Shown here: positions 9,701-17,121 of the stretch, piece after piece
How positions within the stretch are numbered: position 1 is the stretch's first letter
How the letters are laid out: every line of letters starts with the position of its first letter
Notes under the pieces: generated by a model
Seen by the model: the letters and a program-made list of their open reading frames with translations, nothing else
Told to the model about the DNA's origin: nothing
Database searches by the model: none
Made by a program: the position numbers and the translations under genes
Assembly (NCBI RefSeq): GCF_009831105.1
Contig: NZ_WUUQ01000001.1
Location: 947,301-979,300 of the forward strand
From: Copranaerobaculum intestinale
GTDB lineage: Bacteria > Bacillota_I > Bacilli_A > Erysipelotrichales > Erysipelotrichaceae
DNA length: 32,000 bases
Reading direction: 5' to 3'

Positions 9701-11051
9701 TACGGTCGCTGAACAGACGGCATTTGGGTATGTCAAGGGCTATGAGGAAGAAATGGGCATTGAGGGAACGACCCGTAAGGCGCAGATACTGCGGCTGGCA
9801 AAGGGCTGTGAAGGGGTAAAACGTACAACCGGTCAGCATCCCGGCGGGATCATCGTCATTCCGCAGGATATGGATGTGCATGATTTTACTCCGGTGCAGT
9901 ATCCGGCCAATAACCCTTTTGCGGAATGGAAGACCACCCATTTCGACTTCCATCAAATTCATGACAATGTCCTGAAATTTGATATACTGGGACATGTCGA
10001 TCCGACCGCGATGAAAATGTTGGAACGGATGAGCGGTATTGATGTGACAACGATCCCAATGAACGATCCGGCAACAATGAGCATCTTCTCAAGTGTGGAT
10101 GCTTTGCATATTGATACCAGCAAGAACACGGAAATTACCGGCGCCGCGGGGATTCCTGAATTCGGAACCTCTTTTGTCCGGGGCATCTTAGAAATGACGA
10201 GGCCGACAACCTTCGATGAGCTGGTGCGTATTTCCGGCTTGTCGCATGGAACGGATGTTTGGCTGAACAATGCTAAGGATCTGGTTGAAGCTAAGACCTG
10301 CACCCTGAAAAATGTAATCGGCTGCCGTGATGATATCATGGTCTATCTGCTTCATAAGGGATTACCGCCGAAAACGGCCTTTACGATTATGGAATCAGTT
10401 CGTAAGGGCAAAGGGCTGAAGGATGAATGGATCGAAGTCATGAAGGAACATGACGTAGACAGCTGGTATGTGGATTCCTGTGAGAAGATCAAATATATGT
10501 TTCCGAAGGCACACGCTGTTGCCTATGTCATGATGGCGGTAAGAATTGCCTGGTTCAAGGTGCATATGCCGCAGTATTATTACTGTATGTTCTTTTCGAT
10601 CCGCTGTGATGCTTATGATATTGAAACGATGATCAAGGGCGAACAGTCGATCCGCCGTCGGATGACGGAGATTGCAGGACGGATGGAAAGCAATGAATTC
10701 AAGAATGAGGTAACCAAGAAGGAGCGGGATATTTACACCTGTCTGGAGCTGGCACTGGAAATGGTACTGCGCGGTTACCGCTTTGGCAATATTGATATTA
10801 TGCGCTCTGAAGCAAAAGAATTTATCGTTGATCCAGATGATGACAATATCATCATTCCGCCGTTTACCAGTATTGACGGCTTGGGTGAAAACGTTGCGAT
10901 CACGGTAATTGAAGCCCGTAAGCAGGGGGCATTTCTGTCTAAGCAGGACTTGCAGGATCGCACTGCGTTAAATGGAACTCTGGTGAAAAAGCTGGAAGCG
11001 CTGGGCGCGCTCGGTGATCTGCAGGAGGAAAATCAGCTTTCATTGTTTTAA
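6708..11051 (+). CDS. polC: DNA polymerase III alpha subunit, Gram-positive PolC type
   Basis: 1447 aa. PHP domain (ELHVHTKLSEMDG), embedded DnaQ-like 3'-5' exonuclease (FDLETTGL, HNADFDYNFL, HRADYDA), Zn-finger CPKCHY...CPICN, polymerase core. The start could instead be ATG 6720. Confidence 0.95.
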   Translation: MGNLMSLNLLDIVKKMEVDNPDLQYFEGGSFVMDPIYIRNQNRLRIELQLPKVLPYEVYDIFLARLIKITRSQIDLKVYCEDPAIDFMELRKYIRHFVSKHAHLRVFEEVWPKVEDGYIVYQLTDAGKRDHLIQNKHLLTAFLKDCGITQEITVQELTLEKSIPEVACKQSRTERPAPIYEEKKFMRPKGKKGLDRYVPFAIHDISEACHDIKIRGKIFERENRTLRNGKDIQSLWIADEDDAIIIKRFERGALTKEVLNEINVGDSVIAYGRVEYDTYTRELVFMPDVIEQTAEKKRHDTADEKRVELHVHTKLSEMDGVCDIEEFIAQANEWGHDAIALTDHMVVQAFPKAQHAVTAINKKREKPFKMLYGVEMNMVDPLLHIVRNADDTELEKGEYCVFDLETTGLSSRYDHIIEFGGQIMKDRTCIRKLQLFIKPPVALSAFTMELTNITEEEMRTARPFEECVDEILEFIGERILVAHNADFDYNFLNDELVRSGRAPLMNPVIDTLDLARSLHSDRKGYRLGQIARSYGIRYEEDVAHRADYDAEILAQVYMNMLNELKHIKTLKELQEMQDPSCFKKVFKKHVTILVKNKTGLKELFELITLSHCKYLAFNGKNTANIVAEPRIPREEIDKVRKNGNLLIGTSCLNGEVFDLAHTRNQQELEAAMAWYDYVEIQPLACYEHLIARDQIGSMDRLKQILGDIISTGYQLGKIVVATGDAHYVHPEEKQIRDIYISSQAIGGVRHPLYIYNQERRRKSKAPDQHFLTTDEMLDAFAWVGKDRAYEMVVTNTQKIAEMIEPVYPVKDRLYPPDIEGSDQKLRDICYKRAHEIYGPKLPEIVSNRLEKELKSIIGHGFYVVYYISHLLVKKSNEDGYLVGSRGSVGSSFVATMAGITEVNPLAPHYVCPKCHYVEFFTDGSIASGFDLPDKKCPICNETIRGDGQDIPFETFLGFEGDKVPDIDLNFSGDYQPTAHAYTKEVFGEDHVFRAGTIGTVAEQTAFGYVKGYEEEMGIEGTTRKAQILRLAKGCEGVKRTTGQHPGGIIVIPQDMDVHDFTPVQYPANNPFAEWKTTHFDFHQIHDNVLKFDILGHVDPTAMKMLERMSGIDVTTIPMNDPATMSIFSSVDALHIDTSKNTEITGAAGIPEFGTSFVRGILEMTRPTTFDELVRISGLSHGTDVWLNNAKDLVEAKTCTLKNVIGCRDDIMVYLLHKGLPPKTAFTIMESVRKGKGLKDEWIEVMKEHDVDSWYVDSCEKIKYMFPKAHAVAYVMMAVRIAWFKVHMPQYYYCMFFSIRCDAYDIETMIKGEQSIRRRMTEIAGRMESNEFKNEVTKKERDIYTCLELALEMVLRGYRFGNIDIMRSEAKEFIVDPDDDNIIIPPFTSIDGLGENVAITVIEARKQGAFLSKQDLQDRTALNGTLVKKLEALGALGDLQEENQLSLF

Positions 11052-11066
11052 AATTGAGGGATGATC

Positions 11067-11099
11067 AAAACGGTTTGTTTTTAATAAATGAACCGTTTT
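11067..11099 (+). terminator. Weak hairpin/terminator after polC
   Basis: AAAACGGTT / AACCGTTTT inverted repeat with a 15-nt loop. The GC core is only 5 bp, so it is weak. Confidence 0.35.
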
Positions 11100-11120
11100 C
11101 ACTTGGCTCGACACATGGAT

Positions 11121-11150
11121 TTGTAATGAGCTTTGTCTTTGTGCTATGAT
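11121..11150 (+). promoter_or_regulatory. Putative promoter of the ClC gene (TTGTAA - 18 nt - TGcTATGAT)
   Basis: -35 at 11121-11126, extended -10 at 11142-11150, about 20 nt upstream of the GAGGGA SD and ATG 11172. Confidence 0.5.
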
Positions 11151-11171
11151 AAAAAAGAATCGAGGGATAGG

Positions 11172-12746
11172 ATGAGATCGTATAAACGGGGATCAACCCA
11201 GCATGTGCTGGGAACAGCCAAGAAATTTAAATATGTGCTGGTGGTAGAAGGACTGGCAACCGGTGCGGCAGCTGGATTGATCGCGGTGCTTTACCGTATT
11301 CTGCTGGAGCATGCTGAATCCTTTGTGATGGCTGCGGCTTCCTTTATCAAGGGAAATTATTTGTATATTGCCGGTTGGTTTATTGTTCTCTTGATACTCG
11401 GGTTTTTAGTAATGAAAATCAGTCAATGGGAACCGTATATCAGCGGCAGCGGCATTCCTCAGGTTGAGGGCGAGGTGATTTCTTTCATCGATCAGAAATG
11501 GTATCGGGTGCTGCCGGCAAAGGCAGTGTCCGGGGTGCTGTGCGCGATCGGCGGGCTGTCTTTGGGACGGGAAGGGCCGAGCATTCAGCTTGGGGCAATG
11601 GCCGGTAAAGGATTGGCGAAAACCTTTCATCGAGCTAAGGTAGAAGAACATCTGCTGCTTACCTGCGGAGCAGCTGCCGGTTTGTCCGCAGCCTTTAATG
11701 CACCGCTTGCCGGGGTGATGTTTGCCTTAGAGGAAGTGCATAAGAATTTTAATGTCAATGTATTGATATCCGTCATGTGCGCTTCCGTGACCGGAACCTT
11801 TATCTCTCAAAATATCTTTGGTCTGGCGCCGGCCTTTCATTTTGTTGTGGAAGAAACGATGCCGCTTCATAATTACGGCTATCTGTTGGTGCTGGGAATC
11901 TTCGCGGGCGTGCTGGGCGTCGTCTATAACAAATGCACGATCAAAATGCAGGATACCCTGGCAAGATCTAAATTTAAACCGGGTTACAGTATTCTGCTGG
12001 CCTTTTTGCTTGCCGGTATTTTTGCCCTATGTCTGCCGCAAGTGCTGGGCGGCGGCCATCGCATGATTGAAATGCTCACCAATAACGATGCGATGCTCAT
12101 CAAGACGATGGGCATGCTGCTGGTGATGAAATTTATCTTTTCCTTGATCAGCTTCGGTTCCGGAGCGCCCGGCGGCATTTTCTTCCCGCTGTTGGTGCTG
12201 GGCAGCTTCATCGGGGCGATCTTCGCTGTGATTGCGATCCGATATTTCGGAGTTTCATCAATGTATATGCCCAATTTTATCATTGTGGCAATGGCTGGCA
12301 TGTTTGCGGCCATCGTAAGAGCGCCGATCACAGGAATTATCCTGATTGCGGAAATGTGCGGCACTCTGACCCATCTGCTGCCGCTGGCGGTAGTTTCGAT
12401 CGCCGCTTATCTTACTGCAACGATGCTGAACTGCGATCCGATTTATGAGAGCCTGCTGCATCGGCTGCTGCTGAAAAACGGTGTCAGCACCGGTGAAGAA
12501 AAAGGAGAAAAACTGTTGGTTCAAAATGTTGTGGAGCTGGGAAGCCATATTTGTGAAAAGAAGATCTGTGAAGTCAACTGGCCGCGCCATTGCTTGATCG
12601 TCAGTATCGAAAGAGGCGGTAAGGAGATCATACCGAACGGTGAAACGATCATCCATTGCGGCGATATCCTGGTAGCACTGCTAAATGAGGGTGATTCTGC
12701 TTACGTGAAGCATGCATTTGCGAAATGCTGCGGCGTAAAAGAATAA
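11172..12746 (+). CDS. ClC-family chloride channel / Cl-/H+ antiporter with C-terminal TrkA-C (RCK_C) domain
   Basis: Selectivity-filter motifs GSGIPQ, GREGP (gating Glu present) and GGIFFP. The C-terminal roughly 80 aa are TrkA-C-like (IIPNGETIIHCGDILVAL). I prefer ATG 11172 to the TTG at 11133, which overlaps the promoter. Confidence 0.85.
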   Translation: MRSYKRGSTQHVLGTAKKFKYVLVVEGLATGAAAGLIAVLYRILLEHAESFVMAAASFIKGNYLYIAGWFIVLLILGFLVMKISQWEPYISGSGIPQVEGEVISFIDQKWYRVLPAKAVSGVLCAIGGLSLGREGPSIQLGAMAGKGLAKTFHRAKVEEHLLLTCGAAAGLSAAFNAPLAGVMFALEEVHKNFNVNVLISVMCASVTGTFISQNIFGLAPAFHFVVEETMPLHNYGYLLVLGIFAGVLGVVYNKCTIKMQDTLARSKFKPGYSILLAFLLAGIFALCLPQVLGGGHRMIEMLTNNDAMLIKTMGMLLVMKFIFSLISFGSGAPGGIFFPLLVLGSFIGAIFAVIAIRYFGVSSMYMPNFIIVAMAGMFAAIVRAPITGIILIAEMCGTLTHLLPLAVVSIAAYLTATMLNCDPIYESLLHRLLLKNGVSTGEEKGEKLLVQNVVELGSHICEKKICEVNWPRHCLIVSIERGGKEIIPNGETIIHCGDILVALLNEGDSAYVKHAFAKCCGVKE

Positions 12747-12767
12747 GTAAAAATTTTAGATATAGAT

Positions 12768-12814
12768 AAGGATGATGAAGCCCTGAAGAGCTGGGGATGC
12801 ATCATCCTTTTTTT
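12768..12814 (+). terminator. Rho-independent terminator after the ClC gene
   Basis: AAGGATGATG / CATCATCCTT stem with an inner CCC/GGG pairing, followed by T7. Confidence 0.85.
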
Positions 12815-12948
12815 GGATACGCCGCATCATTCGCCAATTATCCGCAGGAAACGTTGATCTTCTCCAGTCTTTTCCTATCTTTTATCTGAAGCTACAAGCG
12901 ACCGTTTTATCAATCTCCGCAAATCCATAAATTTCAGGTAATTTTTTA

Positions 12949-12977
12949 TATACAAATAACCCTGAAAACGATATAAT
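12949..12977 (+). promoter_or_regulatory. Putative dcw/mraZ promoter (TATACA - 17 nt - TATAAT)
   Basis: Perfect -10 at 12972-12977 and a 4/6 -35 at 12949-12954. Located 47 nt upstream of the mraZ ATG. Confidence 0.55.
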
Positions 12978-13012
12978 AGTGGTGTAAAGTAGCGGAAAGT
13001 GGTAGAAAGTGG
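12978..13012 (+). promoter_or_regulatory. MraZ operator: four direct AGTGG/AGTAG repeats with exact 10-bp phasing
   Basis: AGTGG at 12978, AGTAG at 12988, AGTGG at 12998 and AGTGG at 13008. The last three have the AAAGTrG form. The array starts directly after the -10, and the last unit overlaps the SD GGAGGA (13011-13016). Confidence 0.75.
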
Positions 13013-13023
13013 AGGATTGAAGG

Positions 13024-13455
13024 ATGCTGATCGGTGAATATGCACATAACATCGACGCCAAAGGGCGCCTTATCATCCCTGCCAAATTCCGTGATGAATT
13101 GGGTTTTAAAATGATTGTGACCCGAGGACTAGACGGCTGTTTGTGCGTGTATACGCTGGAACAGTGGAAGCTGCTTTATGAACAGCTGATGAAGCTTCCC
13201 ACGACCAAAAAGGAAGCCCGCATGTATGTGCGCATGGTAACCAGTAAGGCGGCTGAGTGTGAATTAGATGCCCAGGGAAGAATTTCACTGCCGCAGACCC
13301 TTATTCAGCTCGCTGACCTGAAAAAGGAGTGTGTCATTTCCGGTACCGGAAATCGCGTTGAAATTTGGGCGAAGGATCGCTGGAATGCAGTTAATGAGGA
13401 TAACGCCGAATCCTTTGAAGATATGGCTGAAAGTTTGACGGAGTTCTTTCTGTAA
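13024..13455 (+). CDS. mraZ: Transcriptional regulator MraZ
   Basis: 143 aa. Duplicated SpoVT/AbrB-like halves with DAKGRLIIPAKFR and DAQGRISLPQ motifs. First gene of the dcw cluster. Confidence 0.95.
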   Translation: MLIGEYAHNIDAKGRLIIPAKFRDELGFKMIVTRGLDGCLCVYTLEQWKLLYEQLMKLPTTKKEARMYVRMVTSKAAECELDAQGRISLPQTLIQLADLKKECVISGTGNRVEIWAKDRWNAVNEDNAESFEDMAESLTEFFL

Positions 13456-14387
13456 TGGAACATACTAGTGTTCTGCTGAAAGAGTCGATCGATGCTTTGG
13501 CAATTCGATCAAACGGCATTTATGTCGACGGCACGCTGGGACGCGGCGGTCACAGCAGTGAAATTTTAAAGCAGTTGGACAGCGGTCATCTCTATGCATT
13601 TGACCGGGATGAAGCGGCGATCAAGGCATCAGATCAGCGATTATCGGGAATTTCTGATCATTACACAATCATCCGCAGCAATTTCGCCAGCTTGAAAGCT
13701 GAACTGGCAAAACATGACGTCAAGCATATTGACGGACTGCTGTTGGATTTAGGCGTTTCATCACCGCAGTTTGATGATGCGAGCCGAGGATTCTCTTATC
13801 GATTTGATGCGCCGCTCGATATGCGCATGGATCAGCGTCAGTCCCTCAGTGCTTATGAAGTGGTTAACGAATGGGATTATCATGATTTGGTTTCGATCTT
13901 TTTTAGATACGGAGAGGAAAAGTTTGCAAAGCAGATTGCCCGCCGTATTGAACAGGTAAGGGATCAGCAGCCGATTCGTACGACATTTGAACTTGTTGAC
14001 GTCATCAAATCCGCATTGCCGATGAAAGTGCTGAATACCAAAGGACATCCGGCGAAAAAAATCTTTCAGGCGATCCGCATCGCGGTAAATGATGAATTGC
14101 AGGAATTACATATTGTATTGCATGATGCGTTATCGATGCTGAATCCGCAGGGCCGAATTGCGGTTATCACCTTTCAGTCACTGGAGGACAGAATTGTGAA
14201 AGATACATTTAAAGAATATTCCAGTGTACCGAAGATCGATAAACGCATACCGCTGCTTCCGGAGCAGTTGGAAACACCTCCTTATCGGTTGGTCTGCCGT
14301 AAGCCGATCTTGCCGGGAAGTGAGGAATTAATGGAAAATAATCGTGCTCACTCAGCGAAATTAAGAGTGATTGAAAGGATCAGGTGA
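13455..14387 (+). CDS. rsmH: 16S rRNA (cytosine1402-N4)-methyltransferase RsmH
   Basis: 310 aa. HTSVLLKE N-terminus, SAM motif DGTLGRGGHS, DLGVSSPQ, FQSLEDRIVK. The start overlaps the mraZ stop by 1 nt. Confidence 0.95.
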   Translation: MEHTSVLLKESIDALAIRSNGIYVDGTLGRGGHSSEILKQLDSGHLYAFDRDEAAIKASDQRLSGISDHYTIIRSNFASLKAELAKHDVKHIDGLLLDLGVSSPQFDDASRGFSYRFDAPLDMRMDQRQSLSAYEVVNEWDYHDLVSIFFRYGEEKFAKQIARRIEQVRDQQPIRTTFELVDVIKSALPMKVLNTKGHPAKKIFQAIRIAVNDELQELHIVLHDALSMLNPQGRIAVITFQSLEDRIVKDTFKEYSSVPKIDKRIPLLPEQLETPPYRLVCRKPILPGSEELMENNRAHSAKLRVIERIR

Positions 14388-14692
14388 TTGCAGTGGCCAA
14401 AATTGTGAAAAAGAAACGCAGATTGCGCGTAGAGCGTTTAGTATCCATGTTTTTTGCTTTATCGATATTCTTATATCTGGGTTCCTCATTGTTTTTACAA
14501 TCCTACAACATGAGCCTTTCAAAGCTGGATACGAAACGCGAAAATGAAATTATCGCAGCCAAGAAAGATAAAGAATCGATGCGTGTGGCTGTGGAACAGC
14601 TGCAGAACCGCGACCGTATCTTAGCGGTTGCGAAGGATGCGGGTATTGACGTAAACCAGGACAGCGTTGTAATTTTAGACGGTAATAATTAA
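14384..14692 (+). CDS. ftsL: Cell division protein FtsL (small bitopic coiled-coil protein)
   Basis: 102 aa. Basic N-terminus, one TM segment (LVSMFFALSIFLYLGSSLFL), then a coiled-coil-like region. Conserved position between rsmH and the PBP gene. The GTG start is uncertain (other in-frame GTGs at 14393 and 14405). Confidence 0.7.
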   Translation: MIAVAKIVKKKRRLRVERLVSMFFALSIFLYLGSSLFLQSYNMSLSKLDTKRENEIIAAKKDKESMRVAVEQLQNRDRILAVAKDAGIDVNQDSVVILDGNN

Positions 14693-14762
14693 TATTACAA
14701 AGCATACTGGTAAGTATGATCTTAAGGGATAAGATATACCGCGACTGAAAGGATGTTTTGCA

Positions 14763-16952
14763 TTGAACACAAAGAGATCCAATCGAACGATTACATATTT
14801 GATTTTAGTCATCAGTTTAATTGGGGCACTTGTTATCGCAAATGTCCTTTTTACTATGGTTACCGGTATTCATCTGCATTCCGGGCGCAATATTAAGACC
14901 GCTTGGGGCGGCAGTGAAACCAGTGTGAACGTGGTAACCGCCTCACGCGGGGTCATTTATGATCGATCCGGCAAGGAAGTGATCGCTCAGGATGTGGAGA
15001 CATATAAAATCGTTGCCATTATAGATAAGCGGCGTAAAGACGGTGATAAACCGGCATACGTGAAGGATCAGAAAAAGACCGCAAAAGAACTTGCGCCGAT
15101 CCTTGGTATGGATGAAGATGAGATTTTAAATAAGCTGAAAACCGGTGTTAAAAATGGTTCCTATCAGGTCGAATTCGGCACAAAAGGAAAAAATCTGTCC
15201 ATTGAACAGAAAGAACAGGTTGAAGCGCTGGAGCTGCCGGGCATTGAATTTGAGAAGTCGGCGAAACGTTATTATCCTAACGGTAAGTTTGCTTCTTCGC
15301 TGATCGGCTTTGCGAGCTATGATGAAAAGAAGAAACAGCTTGTTGGCCGCATGGGACTGGAACGTTTTTTAAACAAAGAGCTGACCGGTACCGACGGTAA
15401 AGTGAAATATCGAAAAGATGCTGCCGGAAATAAGCTGGCGGGTTCTGAATATGTAGAAAAAAATGCGGTAAACGGGGCAAATGTTACGCTTACAATTGAT
15501 AAGAATGTGCAGTTGGCACTAGAAAATGCCCTGCAAAAAACGATGAGTGAATTTGACAGTGCCAATGCATGGTCGATCATCATGGAGGTGGAGACTGGTA
15601 AAATTTTAGCTTACAGCGGCTATCCTTCTTTTGATCTGAATGAGCTTGATATCAAGGATTATCGTGATCTGCCAAGCCAGTACGCCTATGAGCCCGGTTC
15701 GGTCATGAAGGCATTCACTTATGCCGCCGCGATCGATTCCGGTGTCTATCCGGCGGAAGACGCGACGTTTCGATCCGGTACCTTTAATTGGGGCTACAGC
15801 GATGAAGAAGGTATTTATCGATCACCGACTCCGGTCGCAGGATTCAGTCCGATTAAGGATGCGCTGGATAAGGATCATGGCATGGTAACTTATGACAAGG
15901 GATTTATCCTATCTTTGAATACCGGAATCTGTGAACTGCTGACTTATCATCTGAAACCGGAAGTTTTTATGGATTATTTGGGAAAGTTCGGATTTTTCAA
16001 ACCCGTTGGACTTTATGGACTGTCGGGAAAGGAAGATGTCGGCTTGAAAAACTTTACGTATCCATCTGATAAATTATCCACCGGATTCGGTCAGGCATCC
16101 AGTGTGACCGCACTTCAAATGGTTCAGGCCTATACGGCTATTTTAAATGATGGTAAAATGGTTAAACCTTATGTCATCAACAAAATAGAAGATTCTTATA
16201 CGAATGAAACGCTTTATAAAGGCAAGACCGAAGTAGTAGGACAGCCGATCAAGGCATCCACTGCACATAAAATCGTAGATCTGATGCATCATGTTGTTAA
16301 TGATCCGGACGGCTCCGGACAGCGCTATAAAATGGATGACGTCGATATCATCGCAAAGACCGGAACCGGTCAGATTGCGAAGGGAGCATCCTATTCCGCT
16401 TCTACATATATTAACTCAGTTATGGCAGCTGCTCCATATGACAATCCCAAAGTATTGATGTATTATGCTTTTGAAAGTCCTCAATTCTTGACATATACAG
16501 GTGATTATTTTAAACAGGCTTTCCGCGAAGCACTGATTGCGGAAAATATTACGGGTACTTCCACGTCAAATGAAGATTCCAAAAAGCAGAACAGCGCTTG
16601 GAAAAAGTTTGAAATGCCTTCCTTAGTCAATCATTCCTTGGCTTATACGGAAAATAAGATGAAGAATATGAATGTCAATAAGGTAATGATCGGGGATGGA
16701 AACAGTGTCATCAAGCAGTATCCGGCTGCTGGCAGCTCGGTGGTTACAAGTCAAAACATATTTATCCTAACTGACGGCAACAATATCACGATGCCGAATA
16801 TGCTTGGCTGGTCACGTAAGGATGTGGCATCCTTTTGGGATATCACGGGCATACCGATTACGATCAGCGGCTATGGCTCGGTCAGCGAGCAGAGCGTGGC
16901 AGCAGGAAGTGTTATCGATAAGGCTACCAGCATTGAAGTGAAATTAAAATAG
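14763..16952 (+). CDS. Class B penicillin-binding protein (PBP2B/FtsI-type transpeptidase) with two C-terminal PASTA domains
   Basis: 729 aa. N-terminal TM, SxxK GSVMK, SxN SLN, KTGT, PASTA-like repeats at the C-terminus. TTG start with GAAAGGA SD 9 nt upstream. Confidence 0.9.
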   Translation: MNTKRSNRTITYLILVISLIGALVIANVLFTMVTGIHLHSGRNIKTAWGGSETSVNVVTASRGVIYDRSGKEVIAQDVETYKIVAIIDKRRKDGDKPAYVKDQKKTAKELAPILGMDEDEILNKLKTGVKNGSYQVEFGTKGKNLSIEQKEQVEALELPGIEFEKSAKRYYPNGKFASSLIGFASYDEKKKQLVGRMGLERFLNKELTGTDGKVKYRKDAAGNKLAGSEYVEKNAVNGANVTLTIDKNVQLALENALQKTMSEFDSANAWSIIMEVETGKILAYSGYPSFDLNELDIKDYRDLPSQYAYEPGSVMKAFTYAAAIDSGVYPAEDATFRSGTFNWGYSDEEGIYRSPTPVAGFSPIKDALDKDHGMVTYDKGFILSLNTGICELLTYHLKPEVFMDYLGKFGFFKPVGLYGLSGKEDVGLKNFTYPSDKLSTGFGQASSVTALQMVQAYTAILNDGKMVKPYVINKIEDSYTNETLYKGKTEVVGQPIKASTAHKIVDLMHHVVNDPDGSGQRYKMDDVDIIAKTGTGQIAKGASYSASTYINSVMAAAPYDNPKVLMYYAFESPQFLTYTGDYFKQAFREALIAENITGTSTSNEDSKKQNSAWKKFEMPSLVNHSLAYTENKMKNMNVNKVMIGDGNSVIKQYPAAGSSVVTSQNIFILTDGNNITMPNMLGWSRKDVASFWDITGIPITISGYGSVSEQSVAAGSVIDKATSIEVKLK

Positions 16953-17021
16953 TCATCAAACAAATTTATTTGAAATATGTATACGATTATCGAAATTTGA
17001 TTGATGATAAACCTATTTATC

Positions 17022-17058
17022 AGCAGCTTACCGATTGTGTTAAGCTGCTTTTTCTTTT
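17022..17058 (+). terminator. Rho-independent terminator inside the dcw cluster, between the two PBP genes
   Basis: AGCAGCTTA / TAAGCTGCT 9-bp stem, 10-nt loop, then TTTTCTTTT. Confidence 0.85.
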
Positions 17059-17121
17059 GTTTATAAAAATCGAACAACATGAATCATCTGATATCTTCAT
17101 ACAATACACTGAGGTGTGTAT

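Noticed and set aside
11052-11171. Possible fluoride (crcB-motif) riboswitch upstream of the ClC gene, since ClC-F genes are often fluoride-regulated.
   Set aside because: The spacer contains only a weak terminator and a promoter, and I saw no crcB-motif-like conserved core. The protein has the canonical Cl- type filter (GSGIPQ, GREGP), not the ClC-F variants.
17098-17105. CATACAAT upstream of the second PBP matches the Bacillus sigma-E -10 consensus (CATACAnT), recalling sporulation-specific spoVD expression.
   Set aside because: No acceptable -35 (kmATAtt) lies at the required spacing of about 14 bp. The predicted TSS would fall on the SD (17111-16), leaving almost no leader. An 8-mer match in AT-rich DNA is weak evidence, and whether the organism sporulates is unknown from this window.
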